From positions 27,930-91,929 of the forward strand of contig JADFYH010000001.1 in assembly GCA_015233135.1 (NCBI GenBank): DNA of 64,000 nt, in the 5' to 3' direction. Every line of letters begins with the position of its first letter. Position 1 is the first letter of the stretch. The stretch comes from Deltaproteobacteria bacterium (lineage in GTDB: Bacteria > UBA10199 > JADFYH01). Positions 9,289-18,630 of this stretch are shown here, piece after piece. A program made the translations under genes and the position numbers. The notes under the pieces were generated by a model, which searched no databases, was not told the origin of the DNA, and saw only the letters and a program-made list of their open reading frames with translations.

Positions 9289-9992
9289 CGAACTTCTCCT
9301 TCTTTTTGTTTCTGATCATGGAGCATCCAGGCAGGTTTCGGAGGTGGAGGCAGAGGCTTCATCGCTTCAACGTTGTAGGGACCATGGGGGTTATGACACT
9401 GGGTACAAAGATCAATCTTGCCTGCCCCATTCCACAGCCCTGTGCGGTGACCATGCATGTGAGCCTTCCAGTCATCCAGCTGAATGCCGTGACATTGTCC
9501 GCATATTCTGTAGGATTCGTTGAAGCTAACCAATTCACCCGAGTAAAGCCTGAGCTGATTGTATTGCCCTGGGTTATGGCAATTATGACACCAGTAATTT
9601 GGATCTTCCCGTACCCTTTGTTTCGGATGAATGGATGTGATGTTGAGATGCTCCTTCGTCAGCTGCCTTTTTTCCGTGTTGAAGTCTGTAGGAGCAGAAT
9701 GACACTCGGAACAAGGATACATCTCTATCGAGGGAGTCCTCTTAACTACCTCGTCGAGGTCCGAAATCTTCAGCTCTGTGAGAGCCAATTCTGAGAGCTG
9801 TAATTCCGAGAGTTTTGGTCCTGAGGGCTGTGATTCTGCGGGCTTTGATTCTGGGACCTGTGATGCCGGAGCAGGAGGAGCTGACTTTTTATTCACCGAC
9901 TTAGCCCCCCAGCTTTTCGACAGCGGACTAAAAATAAGAACTGAAACAAGCAGCACCCGAAAGAGTTTTCGATGACGACTCAACATGGACAT
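9285..9992 (-). CDS. Periplasmic tetraheme cytochrome c
   Basis: Signal peptide; four CxxCH motifs (CSECH, CHNCH, CGQCH, CTQCH); low-complexity LSELQLSELALTEL linker encoded by a degenerate tandem DNA repeat at about 9775-9870. Confidence 0.8.
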   Translation of the reverse strand: MSMLSRHRKLFRVLLVSVLIFSPLSKSWGAKSVNKKSAPPAPASQVPESKPAESQPSGPKLSELQLSELALTELKISDLDEVVKRTPSIEMYPCSECHSAPTDFNTEKRQLTKEHLNITSIHPKQRVREDPNYWCHNCHNPGQYNQLRLYSGELVSFNESYRICGQCHGIQLDDWKAHMHGHRTGLWNGAGKIDLCTQCHNPHGPYNVEAMKPLPPPPKPAWMLHDQKQKEGEVR

Positions 9993-10133
9993 CCCTTTTT
10001 TATTTTTCAGCGTTGCAGCTGAGAGACCCTGTAACTGCGGTCGCGCGAGTGACTAACATAACCTCAAACAGGATCTATGATCCGCATCATATTGCTCAGA
10101 TTATTTTTTTAGGCCAATTTCAAGGCAACGAAT

Positions 10134-10850
10134 ATGAATCCAAAAAAAATAACAAAAAAAAGTATTTCCTCTTTCTATCAACTTTTGGCCCCGGTCTTTG
10201 ATTTGCTGGACGGCTATTTCAGTTATGAGGTGAAGGGGCTTCAAAATATCTCTAAAAATAAAGCGGCCCTGCTCGTCATGAATCATGGAATCATTCCCTA
10301 CCATGGTTTTTTACTGGCCCGGCGATTGTATCGGGACGCCCATATTGCCCAGCGCAGCCTGGGAGCGGATTTCATTTTTGAGATCCCTTGTCTTCGAGAG
10401 CTTTTCATGGCGGGGGGCGCTCTTCCTGCAAGCCCCGAAAATGCCAGGAGGCTCTTGAAGGAAGGCCATCTGGTAACCCTTGCTCCAGGCGGAATTTACG
10501 AATCTTTGGTCACCCAGCCCGGGATGAAAAGAATTCCCTGGGAGCGGCATTTCGGATTTGCCAAACTTGCCTGTGAGCTTGGGGTGCCCGTCATTCCCAG
10601 CTATGCCCGGGGAATTGATCGGGTCTATTGGAATTCCAATTTTCTTTTGAGGATGCGGATCAAGATTTTGGAAAAGACACGATTTTCCATCCCTCTCTTT
10701 TTTGGATTGGGATTATTGCCCCTTCCCACACCCATCACTCATCGGATTGGAAAAGCCCTCTTTCCTCCTTCAGGAAAAGTAACTCGAAAAAAAGTCACCC
10801 AATTTCATACCCGAGTCCTTCGAGCGATGCAGAAGTTGAGAGACCAGTAA
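10134..10850 (+). CDS. Putative acyltransferase (lysophospholipid acyltransferase-like)
   Basis: LLVMNHGIIPYHG ... TLAPGGIYES pattern resembling PlsC-type acyltransferases; divergent from the cytochrome operon. Confidence 0.4.
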   Translation: MNPKKITKKSISSFYQLLAPVFDLLDGYFSYEVKGLQNISKNKAALLVMNHGIIPYHGFLLARRLYRDAHIAQRSLGADFIFEIPCLRELFMAGGALPASPENARRLLKEGHLVTLAPGGIYESLVTQPGMKRIPWERHFGFAKLACELGVPVIPSYARGIDRVYWNSNFLLRMRIKILEKTRFSIPLFFGLGLLPLPTPITHRIGKALFPPSGKVTRKKVTQFHTRVLRAMQKLRDQ

Positions 10851-10868
10851 CGCCCCAACTCGCTTTTG

Positions 10869-12104
10869 TCACTTTCCACTCGGAAAAAAATGTTTCGGCT
10901 CTGCAGGCTCCCATCCTCCGTGATGGCCTTTTTCGTAATATTTAGCTAGGGTGTCACGGGCGAGAGGGGTTCCAATATTTTCCAAGGCCCCGGCAATCAC
11001 ACTCACCATGGCAGGATCATGCTGGTTCAGCACTCGTTCCATCAGGGGAATGGCCTTTTCACTCTTGAGTTGCCCCAGGCAAGAGAAGGAATACATCCGC
11101 ACATAATAGCGTTTGTCCTGGCTGTATTTTAAACAAAGTTCTTCGGCCTTTGCTCCCCCCAAATCCCCCAAGGCCTCCAAAATCGAAGCGGTCTCTTTGT
11201 CGTCCGACCAGCTATTCAAGCGCGTTTCAAAAAGAGGAAGGGTATCCAGACGTCTATGCCGAGCTAAAATGGAGAGCAGAGCTGCTTGTAAATTGGGGCT
11301 AAGCTGTGAAAGCAACTTTGAATATTCGGTATAACTGAGCCCTTGTTGCGCAGCTTCCAAACGCTCCGCGCTTTGCAGACACACGGCATCCGGGCTCACG
11401 CAGACAAACTTTTTTAAAATCTGAAACTGTGTAGCCGAGGGATGGGCCGTAAAATATTTGACCAAGCTCAACTTGGCCCCCTCTGAAAAACCCTGTTTTA
11501 AAACCAGGAGGGAGAGTTTTTCCATCTCTTCTGAGTTCAAATCAAAGCCAGGCGAACGTTCAAAAAAACGCGCCAGATCTTCCTGAAGCCTTGCGGAAGC
11601 AGTTTGAAGCAAGGTCGAAAGTAAAATTTCTTTTTTCTTATTTTTTGCCTCGGATGAATCTTGATCGAGATAAGGCAAATAAGATTTGAGGAACTCCTGA
11701 TAAGCCTGTTGATCAGCGCTCTGAAGCAAGACAGATCCCTGTTTAAAGGCAGGGCTATAAACAACGCCCTTTTGAATGAGGGTTTGATAGGCCGAATATT
11801 TGGGGAGATCCTTCAAAAAAATCAGGATGGGCGTGTTGGGCGAAAACACCGAAACCGATTGGGGAAAAAGCGTTTCTTCAAAGAGAAGAATCTTTCCGCC
11901 TGCAATATTTCCACGAAAAAATTGCAGGGTTTTCAATTGGACTACATTTCCCTGAGGATTTTTTTCATGAGCCGTCACAGCCTCCACTTGGGCAGAAACA
12001 ATGTAGGGAGAACGCAGAAGGTCTTCAAAGCTGGGGGCTTGGGCAAAAAGAGAAAGAGGAAATAAAAAGAGGATGAGAAAAAATATTTTTTTCATGTGTC
12101 GCAA
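10869..12104 (-). CDS. Secreted HEAT/ARM-repeat protein, function unknown
   Basis: Signal peptide MKKIFFLILFLFPLSLFAQA; C-terminal HEAT-like repeats; 10 nt downstream of sat. Confidence 0.35.
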   Translation of the reverse strand: MRHMKKIFFLILFLFPLSLFAQAPSFEDLLRSPYIVSAQVEAVTAHEKNPQGNVVQLKTLQFFRGNIAGGKILLFEETLFPQSVSVFSPNTPILIFLKDLPKYSAYQTLIQKGVVYSPAFKQGSVLLQSADQQAYQEFLKSYLPYLDQDSSEAKNKKKEILLSTLLQTASARLQEDLARFFERSPGFDLNSEEMEKLSLLVLKQGFSEGAKLSLVKYFTAHPSATQFQILKKFVCVSPDAVCLQSAERLEAAQQGLSYTEYSKLLSQLSPNLQAALLSILARHRRLDTLPLFETRLNSWSDDKETASILEALGDLGGAKAEELCLKYSQDKRYYVRMYSFSCLGQLKSEKAIPLMERVLNQHDPAMVSVIAGALENIGTPLARDTLAKYYEKGHHGGWEPAEPKHFFPSGK

Positions 12105-12114
12105 AAGCTAACAC

Positions 12115-13314
12115 CTATTTCCTCATCGACTCAATCAAAATCCTCGCCACTTCAGGCCGTGAAAACTCAGGCGGTGGCAATTCCCCTTTGGAGAGTAGCT
12201 CTCGCACCTTGGTTCCCGAAAGCGCCACATGATTTTCTTTGTCATGAGGACAAGTCTTGGTCGAGGCCATGCCTTCGCATTTCTTGCAGTAGAAAGTATG
12301 GTCAAAAAACAGGGGAGTAATTGCCAATTCTTCTTTGTTAAAATTCTCAAAAATGAAATGCGCGTCAAAAGTGCCGTAGTAATTTCCCACACCGGCATGA
12401 TCGCGACCGACGATGAAATGCGAGCAGCCATAATTTTGACGGATTAAGGCATGGAAGATTGCCTCGCGAGGCCCCGCATAGCGCATCGCTGCGGGATTAA
12501 CGGCAAGTTGAGTACGGTTGGCAGGATAATAATTTTCAATGAGTTTTTCGTAGCATTTCATCCGCACCTCGGCCGGAATGTCGTCGCTCTTGGTGTCCCC
12601 CACGAGAGGATGGATGAGGAGTCCATCCACAATCTCCAAGGCACATTTGGTGAGATATTCGTGGGCGCGATGGATGGGATTACGCGTTTGAAAACCCACC
12701 ACGCGCTTCCATTTCTTTTCTGCAAATAAAGCGCGAAGTTGTGCGGGATCCAAACGGTATTGTAAAAAATGATCGTATTGAACTCGGTTGAGAACAGAGA
12801 CTTTCCCCGCCAAATACACTTCGCCTTGAGCATAAACCGCGGCAACACCCGGATGGGCGCCCTCTTCAGTTTTATAAACCTTTAAGGCCTCGTTTTTTTT
12901 ATTGGGTTCAAATTTTTCTTGGAGATGAAGAATAGCAAGAATTTCTCCCTCTGCCGAAAAAGCCCCCTCTCCCTTGAGGGGAGAGGGTTGGGGTGAGGGT
13001 GAAAACAACGCAATATCCTTCCCAATCTCATATTTTGCCGAATCTTCTTTTTTCACCGCCAGGGTAATAGGAATGGTCCACGCCAAACCATTCAAGAGCC
13101 GCATCTTTTCCACGACATTCTCATATTCCTTTTGGCCCATGAAGCCTTCCAGAGGAGAAAGCGCCCCACAGGCAATCATATCCAGATCACTCCTTTCGCG
13201 GGAATTGAGGACGATTTTGGGAAGTGCAGAAACTTGAGTGAGGGCTTTTTCTCTTTCGCTTCCAGTCAGGATACGAGAAATTAATTTTCCACCGTGTGGG
13301 GCTATCGCTGGCAT
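12115..13314 (-). CDS. sat: Sulfate adenylyltransferase (ATP sulfurylase)
   Basis: VGFQTRNPIHRAHE (QTRN and HxxH motifs) and GRDHAGVG motif; carries an in-frame repeat insertion (SPSPQPSPLKGEGAFSAEGE). Confidence 0.9.
   Translation of the reverse strand: MPAIAPHGGKLISRILTGSEREKALTQVSALPKIVLNSRERSDLDMIACGALSPLEGFMGQKEYENVVEKMRLLNGLAWTIPITLAVKKEDSAKYEIGKDIALFSPSPQPSPLKGEGAFSAEGEILAILHLQEKFEPNKKNEALKVYKTEEGAHPGVAAVYAQGEVYLAGKVSVLNRVQYDHFLQYRLDPAQLRALFAEKKWKRVVGFQTRNPIHRAHEYLTKCALEIVDGLLIHPLVGDTKSDDIPAEVRMKCYEKLIENYYPANRTQLAVNPAAMRYAGPREAIFHALIRQNYGCSHFIVGRDHAGVGNYYGTFDAHFIFENFNKEELAITPLFFDHTFYCKKCEGMASTKTCPHDKENHVALSGTKVRELLSKGELPPPEFSRPEVARILIESMRK
12962..13003. repeat. GC-rich palindromic repeat unit (family B) in-frame inside sat
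   Basis: ccccctctcccttgaggggagagggttggggtgagggtg; the same unit recurs at 22916, 31516, 35078, 36457 and as arms of the 16011, 18631 and 27084 elements. Confidence 0.7.
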
Positions 13315-13415
13315 AAAAACTCCATAAATCGAGGTTTGAAAATTGACGCGAAGAGTCTAAAGCATTTTTTACGAGGAGGAGTCAAGCGCTTGGAGGATTT
13401 CCAGTGTATACCTTC

Positions 13416-14534
13416 CTATCCCTTCAACTTCCTCCTCAAATTCGAAATCCCCAAAGCAGCCGTTCGTCCCAAGGCGGTATGGTAAAAATTCTTCATGGCA
13501 ACTTGCAGGCGGGACTTTCCGCCCACAAAATGGCGACCTTCCAGAGGGGTAAGTACCACATCAATTTGACGGATCCAGTTGGTAGAGAGTTTTTTGGCAC
13601 TTACTTTTTCGTAGAGGTAGGCATAGAGAGAAACAATTTCTTTGAGCTCCAAATTCCAACGCGCAGCAAGTTCGCTGTTCTCTTGAGGGGGAAAATAAGT
13701 AAGTAAGGGGAGCACACCCAAATCGGTAAGCACGTCTATGCCTTTTTGGGTAGAGGCATAGGGTTCCAGGCCGATTACCAAATGCGAGGTCACTGCACCA
13801 CCGGGAAACACCTTCACCGCATATTCCAGGGCCTCAAGGTATCTTTTTTGACGAATTCTTTTTTCTTTTTCGGGGTAGGTTTTGGCAAAGAGTTCGGGAT
13901 CAAACACGTCCAGGTCGTAATACACCATATCGGTACCCGCCGCATAAGTACGGTCTATCCAGGAATTTTTAGCCGGCGGCATAACGTCTGCTGAAATCAG
14001 CAAATTGAAGCGTTCACGAATTTTTTTAATAAGGGGTTCCAGCGTCTTCATTCCCCCATCTTCGGAAGTGGAAAAACCGGAAGAAATATGAATCATCTCG
14101 GCAGTGGCATGCTCCATCACCTTTTCCAGAGCTTCCAGGAAATCCTCATCCGTGTAAGGCGTTCCTTCCGGAACCGCCTTGCTGCCGCAATATTTACAAT
14201 CAAAACCGGATTTTGCAAAACGGCAAGGCCCCCGCGGAGCCGCTACCAGAAAGGCCCCGTGGGAGTGAAGGATGTCATGGATGAGATGCCCCGACTGGAC
14301 GCGCTCATCAAAGACGGGAGGACGCATCAATAATTTGACTTTGAGGGATTGATCTCGAAATTTCAGCTCAAACTCATTATTTGTTTCGACAACCTGATAA
14401 GAAGATTTTTCTTTTTGTGAAACCGTCACCCAGGTATTTTCAGGAAGGATGAGAATAATATCGTCATCCCAACCGGGCAAAGGTTGTATGCCTTGGGCAA
14501 AGAGATCAAGTTTGAGGAGGCCGATGTTGAGCAT
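13416..14534 (-). CDS. Conserved hypothetical protein with Cys-x9-Cys-x2-Cys motif (possible Fe-S / radical-SAM-like TIM barrel)
   Basis: 372 aa; PRGPCRFAKSGFDCKYCGS motif; lies between the MNT/HEPN pair and sat in the sulfur operon. Confidence 0.3.
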   Translation of the reverse strand: MLNIGLLKLDLFAQGIQPLPGWDDDIILILPENTWVTVSQKEKSSYQVVETNNEFELKFRDQSLKVKLLMRPPVFDERVQSGHLIHDILHSHGAFLVAAPRGPCRFAKSGFDCKYCGSKAVPEGTPYTDEDFLEALEKVMEHATAEMIHISSGFSTSEDGGMKTLEPLIKKIRERFNLLISADVMPPAKNSWIDRTYAAGTDMVYYDLDVFDPELFAKTYPEKEKRIRQKRYLEALEYAVKVFPGGAVTSHLVIGLEPYASTQKGIDVLTDLGVLPLLTYFPPQENSELAARWNLELKEIVSLYAYLYEKVSAKKLSTNWIRQIDVVLTPLEGRHFVGGKSRLQVAMKNFYHTALGRTAALGISNLRRKLKG

Positions 14535-14537
14535 GGG

Positions 14538-14930
14538 TTAGGGTTCTATTTTTTGAATCAGAATACTTAATGAATGGACAAATTTTTTCGCCGTCTCATA
14601 CACCTCATCCGCCACCATCACATTATAGGTGTGCGCTGTATTATTTCGATAAGAAAGATACTCAAACCATTGCTCTAATTCGGTTTCATCAATCCAACCC
14701 ACTTGAACGGAATCTCTAAACACTTGTTTAGGGCTAGGAGACAAGACTGCTTCCAACTCCAAGGCACGCTTTAAAATCTTCCAAGTCAATTCTAAACAAT
14801 ACTCAAAACGTTTGATCACTGAATCACGAACAAAAGAAGAGTAAGGTTGAGCTAAGGCTTCCTCTAAAGTGCATAAAGCTTGCTTCAACTGACTTAATCG
14901 AAGAGCGAATTGTTCTTCTTTTTCTTCCAT
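14538..14930 (-). CDS. HEPN-domain protein, HI0074 family (putative toxin of HEPN/MNT pair)
   Basis: YRNNTAHTYN (Rx4HxY HEPN motif); 37-nt overlap with the upstream nucleotidyltransferase gene. Confidence 0.75.
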   Translation of the reverse strand: MEEKEEQFALRLSQLKQALCTLEEALAQPYSSFVRDSVIKRFEYCLELTWKILKRALELEAVLSPSPKQVFRDSVQVGWIDETELEQWFEYLSYRNNTAHTYNVMVADEVYETAKKFVHSLSILIQKIEP

Positions 14931-15226
14931 ATCTGTACTTCCTTAAGAGCATAGGCTTTAAAATTCTCATCCACTTTTGAAAAATCGACCAAATCAATTT
15001 TTTGGGCGATGGGAAAGGCCTCTAATTGTTCACGCAAATTTGAAATTTCCAAATTGGACAAAATTTCCTCAGTAAAAAATCCAATATCATAATCGGAGAA
15101 TTTTTTTACCGAGTCGGCATGAGCCCGTGAACCAAACAAAAAAATATCGGCATCTTTCTCTTTAAAGAAATTGAGAATCTGCTTTTTGAGAAACTCTTTT
15201 ACTTCAGAAAAAGACTGCCAATTCAC
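14894..15226 (-). CDS. Minimal nucleotidyltransferase (MNT, HI0073 family; putative antitoxin)
   Basis: [22 protein letters not shown] (GS...DxD pol-beta NTase motif). Confidence 0.75.
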   Translation of the reverse strand: MNWQSFSEVKEFLKKQILNFFKEKDADIFLFGSRAHADSVKKFSDYDIGFFTEEILSNLEISNLREQLEAFPIAQKIDLVDFSKVDENFKAYALKEVQIWKKKKNNSLFD

Positions 15227-15501
15227 TTTCCACCCGCAATGGCAGGCACAATTGACAACTCATCGCCCGCTTTAAGAGGAGTAGCATCACTTTGCAGAAA
15301 GCGGATGTCTTCTTCATTCACATAAAAATTGACGAAGCGACGGAGACTTCCTTTTTCGTCGCAGAGACGATTATAAATTCCGGGATAGGCTTTCTCCAGG
15401 TTTTGGAGGGCTTCTTTGACGGTGCCTGCCTGTATTTGAACTTCACCCTGGTTTTGGGTGAGCTTTTGTAGGGGAGTGGGGATGCGTACTTTGACTGACA
15501 T
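15223..15501 (-). CDS. MoaD/ThiS-family sulfur-carrier protein with C-terminal GG-K
   Basis: 92 aa beta-grasp-like; ends ...VPAIAGGK; start chosen at MSVKVRI with AAGGAG RBS 7 nt upstream; adjacent to a JAMM protease. Confidence 0.65.
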   Translation of the reverse strand: MSVKVRIPTPLQKLTQNQGEVQIQAGTVKEALQNLEKAYPGIYNRLCDEKGSLRRFVNFYVNEEDIRFLQSDATPLKAGDELSIVPAIAGGK

Positions 15502-15514
15502 GGTTTTCTCCTTC

Positions 15515-15988
15515 TTAAAGAGTGCGTAAACGAAATTTTTTCTCGCTATAATCCTTCTTCTCATCCTCCCAACTAAACAAGCTAGCCGCGACCGCCTTGC
15601 CTTCGCGGACGGAAACTACCACCCAATGTAAATTGGGATTATTAGGTTCGCCCCAAGGACCTGCCATCAATTTGTCTTCTTCAGAAAAATATACCTCATG
15701 ATCAGGGTGCGAATGGTAGATGACTTTAAACTCAAAGTCTTTGTCCGCAGCTTCTCTTTCGACAATGCTCACATCCTTAGGATCCATGTAGTAAGCATTT
15801 TTGCTGGTGCGCGAATACTTTTCAGGATCCTGGGCATGCAGTTCATCCTGAATATTTTTAATGGGAAAAAGCCCAATGGCATTGTGATGTTCTTTAGGGC
15901 CAATGAGAATCCCGCAGGCCTCACTGGGATAGGCCTTTTCGGTTTGAAGACAGATTTGTTTTAAAACGTATTCGGAAATAAAGGGCAT
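15515..15988 (-). CDS. JAMM/MPN+ metalloprotease (Mec+/HcyD-like)
   Basis: Canonical JAMM motif E...[14 protein letters not shown] (HxHx7Sx2D). Confidence 0.85.
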   Translation of the reverse strand: MPFISEYVLKQICLQTEKAYPSEACGILIGPKEHHNAIGLFPIKNIQDELHAQDPEKYSRTSKNAYYMDPKDVSIVEREAADKDFEFKVIYHSHPDHEVYFSEEDKLMAGPWGEPNNPNLHWVVVSVREGKAVAASLFSWEDEKKDYSEKKFRLRTL

Positions 15989-16010
15989 AGATATAGATAG
16001 CTTCTTTACT

Positions 16011-16108
16011 TCCCCCTCTTAAGCTAAGAGGGGGTTAGGGGGCGTTATGACCAATTGAATGCGATTGAACCATAACCCCTCCTACCTCCCCTTAGCTTAA
16101 GGGGAGGA
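16011..16108. repeat. Palindromic GC-rich miniature element (family B, full two-armed copy)
   Basis: ccccctcttaagctaagaggggg ttagggggcgttatgacc ... ggtcataacccctcc ... ccccttagcttaaggggagg; intergenic between the JAMM gene and the cysteine synthase gene. Confidence 0.7.
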
Positions 16109-16115
16109 AAGGTCA

Positions 16116-16997
16116 TTACAAATACCTCTCCCCTGAATCACAAAAAATCGTCACAATCACTCCTTCTTTTATTTGTTTTGCAATCTGATAGGCCCCCAGC
16201 AAATTGGCTCCTGCCGAGTGTCCCACCAGCATCCCTTCTTTTTTCGCCAGCGCTTCGCATAAGTCCCAAGCAGGTTCAGTGGCGATGGACAGTTTTTGGT
16301 CGTGCTCTGCTTCTTTGTATATTCCCGGCACAATCGAAGTAGGCATATGCTTCAAACCTTCCAAGCCATGGAGTGCATCTTCGGGTTCTACCGCAATCAC
16401 TTGAATCTTTGGATTGTAGGCCTTGAGCCGACGACCCGTTCCCATCAAGGTGCCACTGGTTCCTATCCCTGCCACAAAATGAGTGACACGACCTTGCGTT
16501 TGATTCCAGATTTCTAGCCCTGTCGTATCGTAATGCGCCTGAGGATTAAAGGGGTTGTTGTATTGATCGGGACAAAAATATTTATCCGGATTTTCTTTTT
16601 TTAATTTCTGCGCCAGGCGAATGGCCCCATCCGAGCCTTCCATCTCTGACGAAAAAGTCAGCTTGGCCCCGTAACTGAGGGCCACGGCTTTTCGCCGCGG
16701 GCTTACATTTCCAGGAACCACCAACTCCACCGGATAACCCAAGGCTGCACCAATCATCGCCAAGGCAATCCCGGTGTTTCCACTGGTGGGATCCATAATG
16801 ATTTTCCCTGGTCTGAGTTGGCCAGATTTTATTCCTTCCATCACCATACGCGCCGCAGGCCTGTCTTTGATGGAACCTCCGGGATTATAAAACTCCAGCT
16901 TCGCGTAAATTTCCACTTTGGGAAGTTCTTTTTCAAAGAATCGTACACGGTAGAGGGGGGTGTTGCCGATTAAGTCTAACATACCAACTTTGTTCAT
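16116..16997 (-). CDS. Cysteine synthase family PLP enzyme (CysK/CysM-like)
   Basis: GSIKDRPA PLP-lysine motif, SGNTGIALA glycine loop. Confidence 0.85.
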   Translation of the reverse strand: MNKVGMLDLIGNTPLYRVRFFEKELPKVEIYAKLEFYNPGGSIKDRPAARMVMEGIKSGQLRPGKIIMDPTSGNTGIALAMIGAALGYPVELVVPGNVSPRRKAVALSYGAKLTFSSEMEGSDGAIRLAQKLKKENPDKYFCPDQYNNPFNPQAHYDTTGLEIWNQTQGRVTHFVAGIGTSGTLMGTGRRLKAYNPKIQVIAVEPEDALHGLEGLKHMPTSIVPGIYKEAEHDQKLSIATEPAWDLCEALAKKEGMLVGHSAGANLLGAYQIAKQIKEGVIVTIFCDSGERYL

Positions 16998-17043
16998 AAT
17001 ATTTTAAACTTCGTTGCAGAAATTCTCTTTATGCAATGAAGCA

Positions 17044-17295
17044 CTATCCCGCCATCACATCCATATCTACAGGCTCAACACCTACTCCACGCGATTCAAA
17101 ATATTTAATCGCTTCTTCAATTCTTTCAGCTGTCCCTTCTAATTCCAGACCAATCAAACCAATTTCTTGCGTGACGGATGCCGTGCGAACATTGAAGCGA
17201 ACTTTATATTTATCGTACATGTCGCAGATGACGGCCTCAGTGGTTTTTGCTTTCGGGAAAGTAAGATAGATTTTTTTCTTAATATTGTTGGACAT
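17044..17295 (-). CDS. Small ACT/NIL-like domain protein
   Basis: About 83 aa MSNNIKKKIYLTFPK...; beta-alpha-beta pattern typical of small ligand-binding domains; start uncertain (three candidate Met). Confidence 0.35.
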   Translation of the reverse strand: MSNNIKKKIYLTFPKAKTTEAVICDMYDKYKVRFNVRTASVTQEIGLIGLELEGTAERIEEAIKYFESRGVGVEPVDMDVMAG

Positions 17296-17370
17296 AAATA
17301 TTTGATGGTTCGACAGGCTCACCATGTCCCCACGTGGGACACCCTGAGGCTCTCGAAGGGTCAACTCCGT

Positions 17371-18606
17371 TTATTTCTTCATCTGTCCCACCACTGCATC
17401 AAAATCGGCCAGCTTGGCATTAATCACGGTAGGGGCACCTACAAAATCGGCCACCGCTTCCTGGGTCTTCAAACCATTTCCAGTCACACACACCACTACC
17501 GATTCGTCTTTGGGAATTTTGCCTTGCTCAATCAATTTCTTGGCGGCCCCCAGGGTAACACCGCCCGCAGTCTCAGTAAAAATCCCAGTGGTTTCTGCTA
17601 GCAGTTTGATGGCTTCCACAATTTCGGGATCACTCACATCTTCGGCCCAGCCCCCCGTTTCTTTCATTGAACCCATGGCGTAAAACCCATCGGCAGGGTT
17701 ACCAATGGCCAGAGACTTCGCAATGGTGTTGGGTTTCACGGGTTTGAACAATTCCCAATCATTTTTGAGTGCGGTCGAAATGGGTGAACAACCCGTGGCC
17801 TGCCCCCCAAACACCTTACAGTTTGGCGCTTCAATCAAGCCCATCTTATGAAACTCTTTCATGGCCTTGTGGATTTTGGTGAGCAGAGAACCCGAGGCCA
17901 TCGGCACCACCACATTTTGGGGGGCCTTCCAACCCAATTGTTCCATGGTTTCGTAAAACAAACTCTTGGAACCTTCGGCATAAAAAGGACGGATATTAAT
18001 ATTCACAAAGGCCCATTTGTATTTCGCGGCAATCTCGCTGCACAGACGATTCACTTCATCGTAGGTGCCGCGGATACCGACCACATTTCCGCCAAACACC
18101 AGGGTTCCCAAAATCTTGCCAGCTTCCAGATCGTGGGGAATAAACACGTAGCTTTTAAGCCCTGCCCCGGCGGCATTGGCGGCGACCGAATTGGCGAGAT
18201 TCCCCGTGGAAGCGCAGGCAACGGTTTCAAATCCAAATTCCTTGGCCTTGGACAAAGCCACCGAAACGACGCGATCTTTGAAAGAAAGCGTAGGATAAGA
18301 AACCGCGTCATTTTTTATATAAAGTTCTTTCACACCCAATATCTTAGCCAGGCGATCGGCTTTTACGAGAGGTGTAAAACCGACATCACGACCCACCGTG
18401 GGCTCGCCATCAATCGGAAGCAGCTCGCGATAACGCCACATGTTTTTGGCGCGACTTTCAATTTTTTTGCGAGAGATATCTTTTTTGATTTCCTCGTAGT
18501 TGTAGTCCACTTCGAGCGGACCAAAACAGTATTCACACACATGCGTGGGAGTGACGGGATAAAGCTGGCCGCATTCGCGACATTTTAGGCCTTTGACGTA
18601 GGACAT
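17371..18606 (-). CDS. Threonine synthase-like PLP enzyme with N-terminal zinc ribbon
   Basis: CRECG...CEYC ribbon; SFKDR PLP-lysine motif; ThrC fold-type II; first gene after a SAM riboswitch. Confidence 0.8.
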   Translation of the reverse strand: MSYVKGLKCRECGQLYPVTPTHVCEYCFGPLEVDYNYEEIKKDISRKKIESRAKNMWRYRELLPIDGEPTVGRDVGFTPLVKADRLAKILGVKELYIKNDAVSYPTLSFKDRVVSVALSKAKEFGFETVACASTGNLANSVAANAAGAGLKSYVFIPHDLEAGKILGTLVFGGNVVGIRGTYDEVNRLCSEIAAKYKWAFVNINIRPFYAEGSKSLFYETMEQLGWKAPQNVVVPMASGSLLTKIHKAMKEFHKMGLIEAPNCKVFGGQATGCSPISTALKNDWELFKPVKPNTIAKSLAIGNPADGFYAMGSMKETGGWAEDVSDPEIVEAIKLLAETTGIFTETAGGVTLGAAKKLIEQGKIPKDESVVVCVTGNGLKTQEAVADFVGAPTVINAKLADFDAVVGQMKK

Positions 18607-18630
18607 TATTAAACACCTTCAGTTCATACT

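Noticed and set aside
9775-9870. Degenerate tandem repeat (gagagctgtaattcc-like) as a regulatory repeat
   Set aside because: It lies inside the cytochrome c ORF and simply encodes the low-complexity LSELQLSELALTEL linker between the signal peptide and the heme domain.
12135-12848. ORFs 12135..12431(-), 12229..12447(+), 12451..12729(+), 12558..12848(-) within sat
   Set aside because: Alternative frames of the sat gene (QTRN/HxxH motifs in the 399-aa frame).
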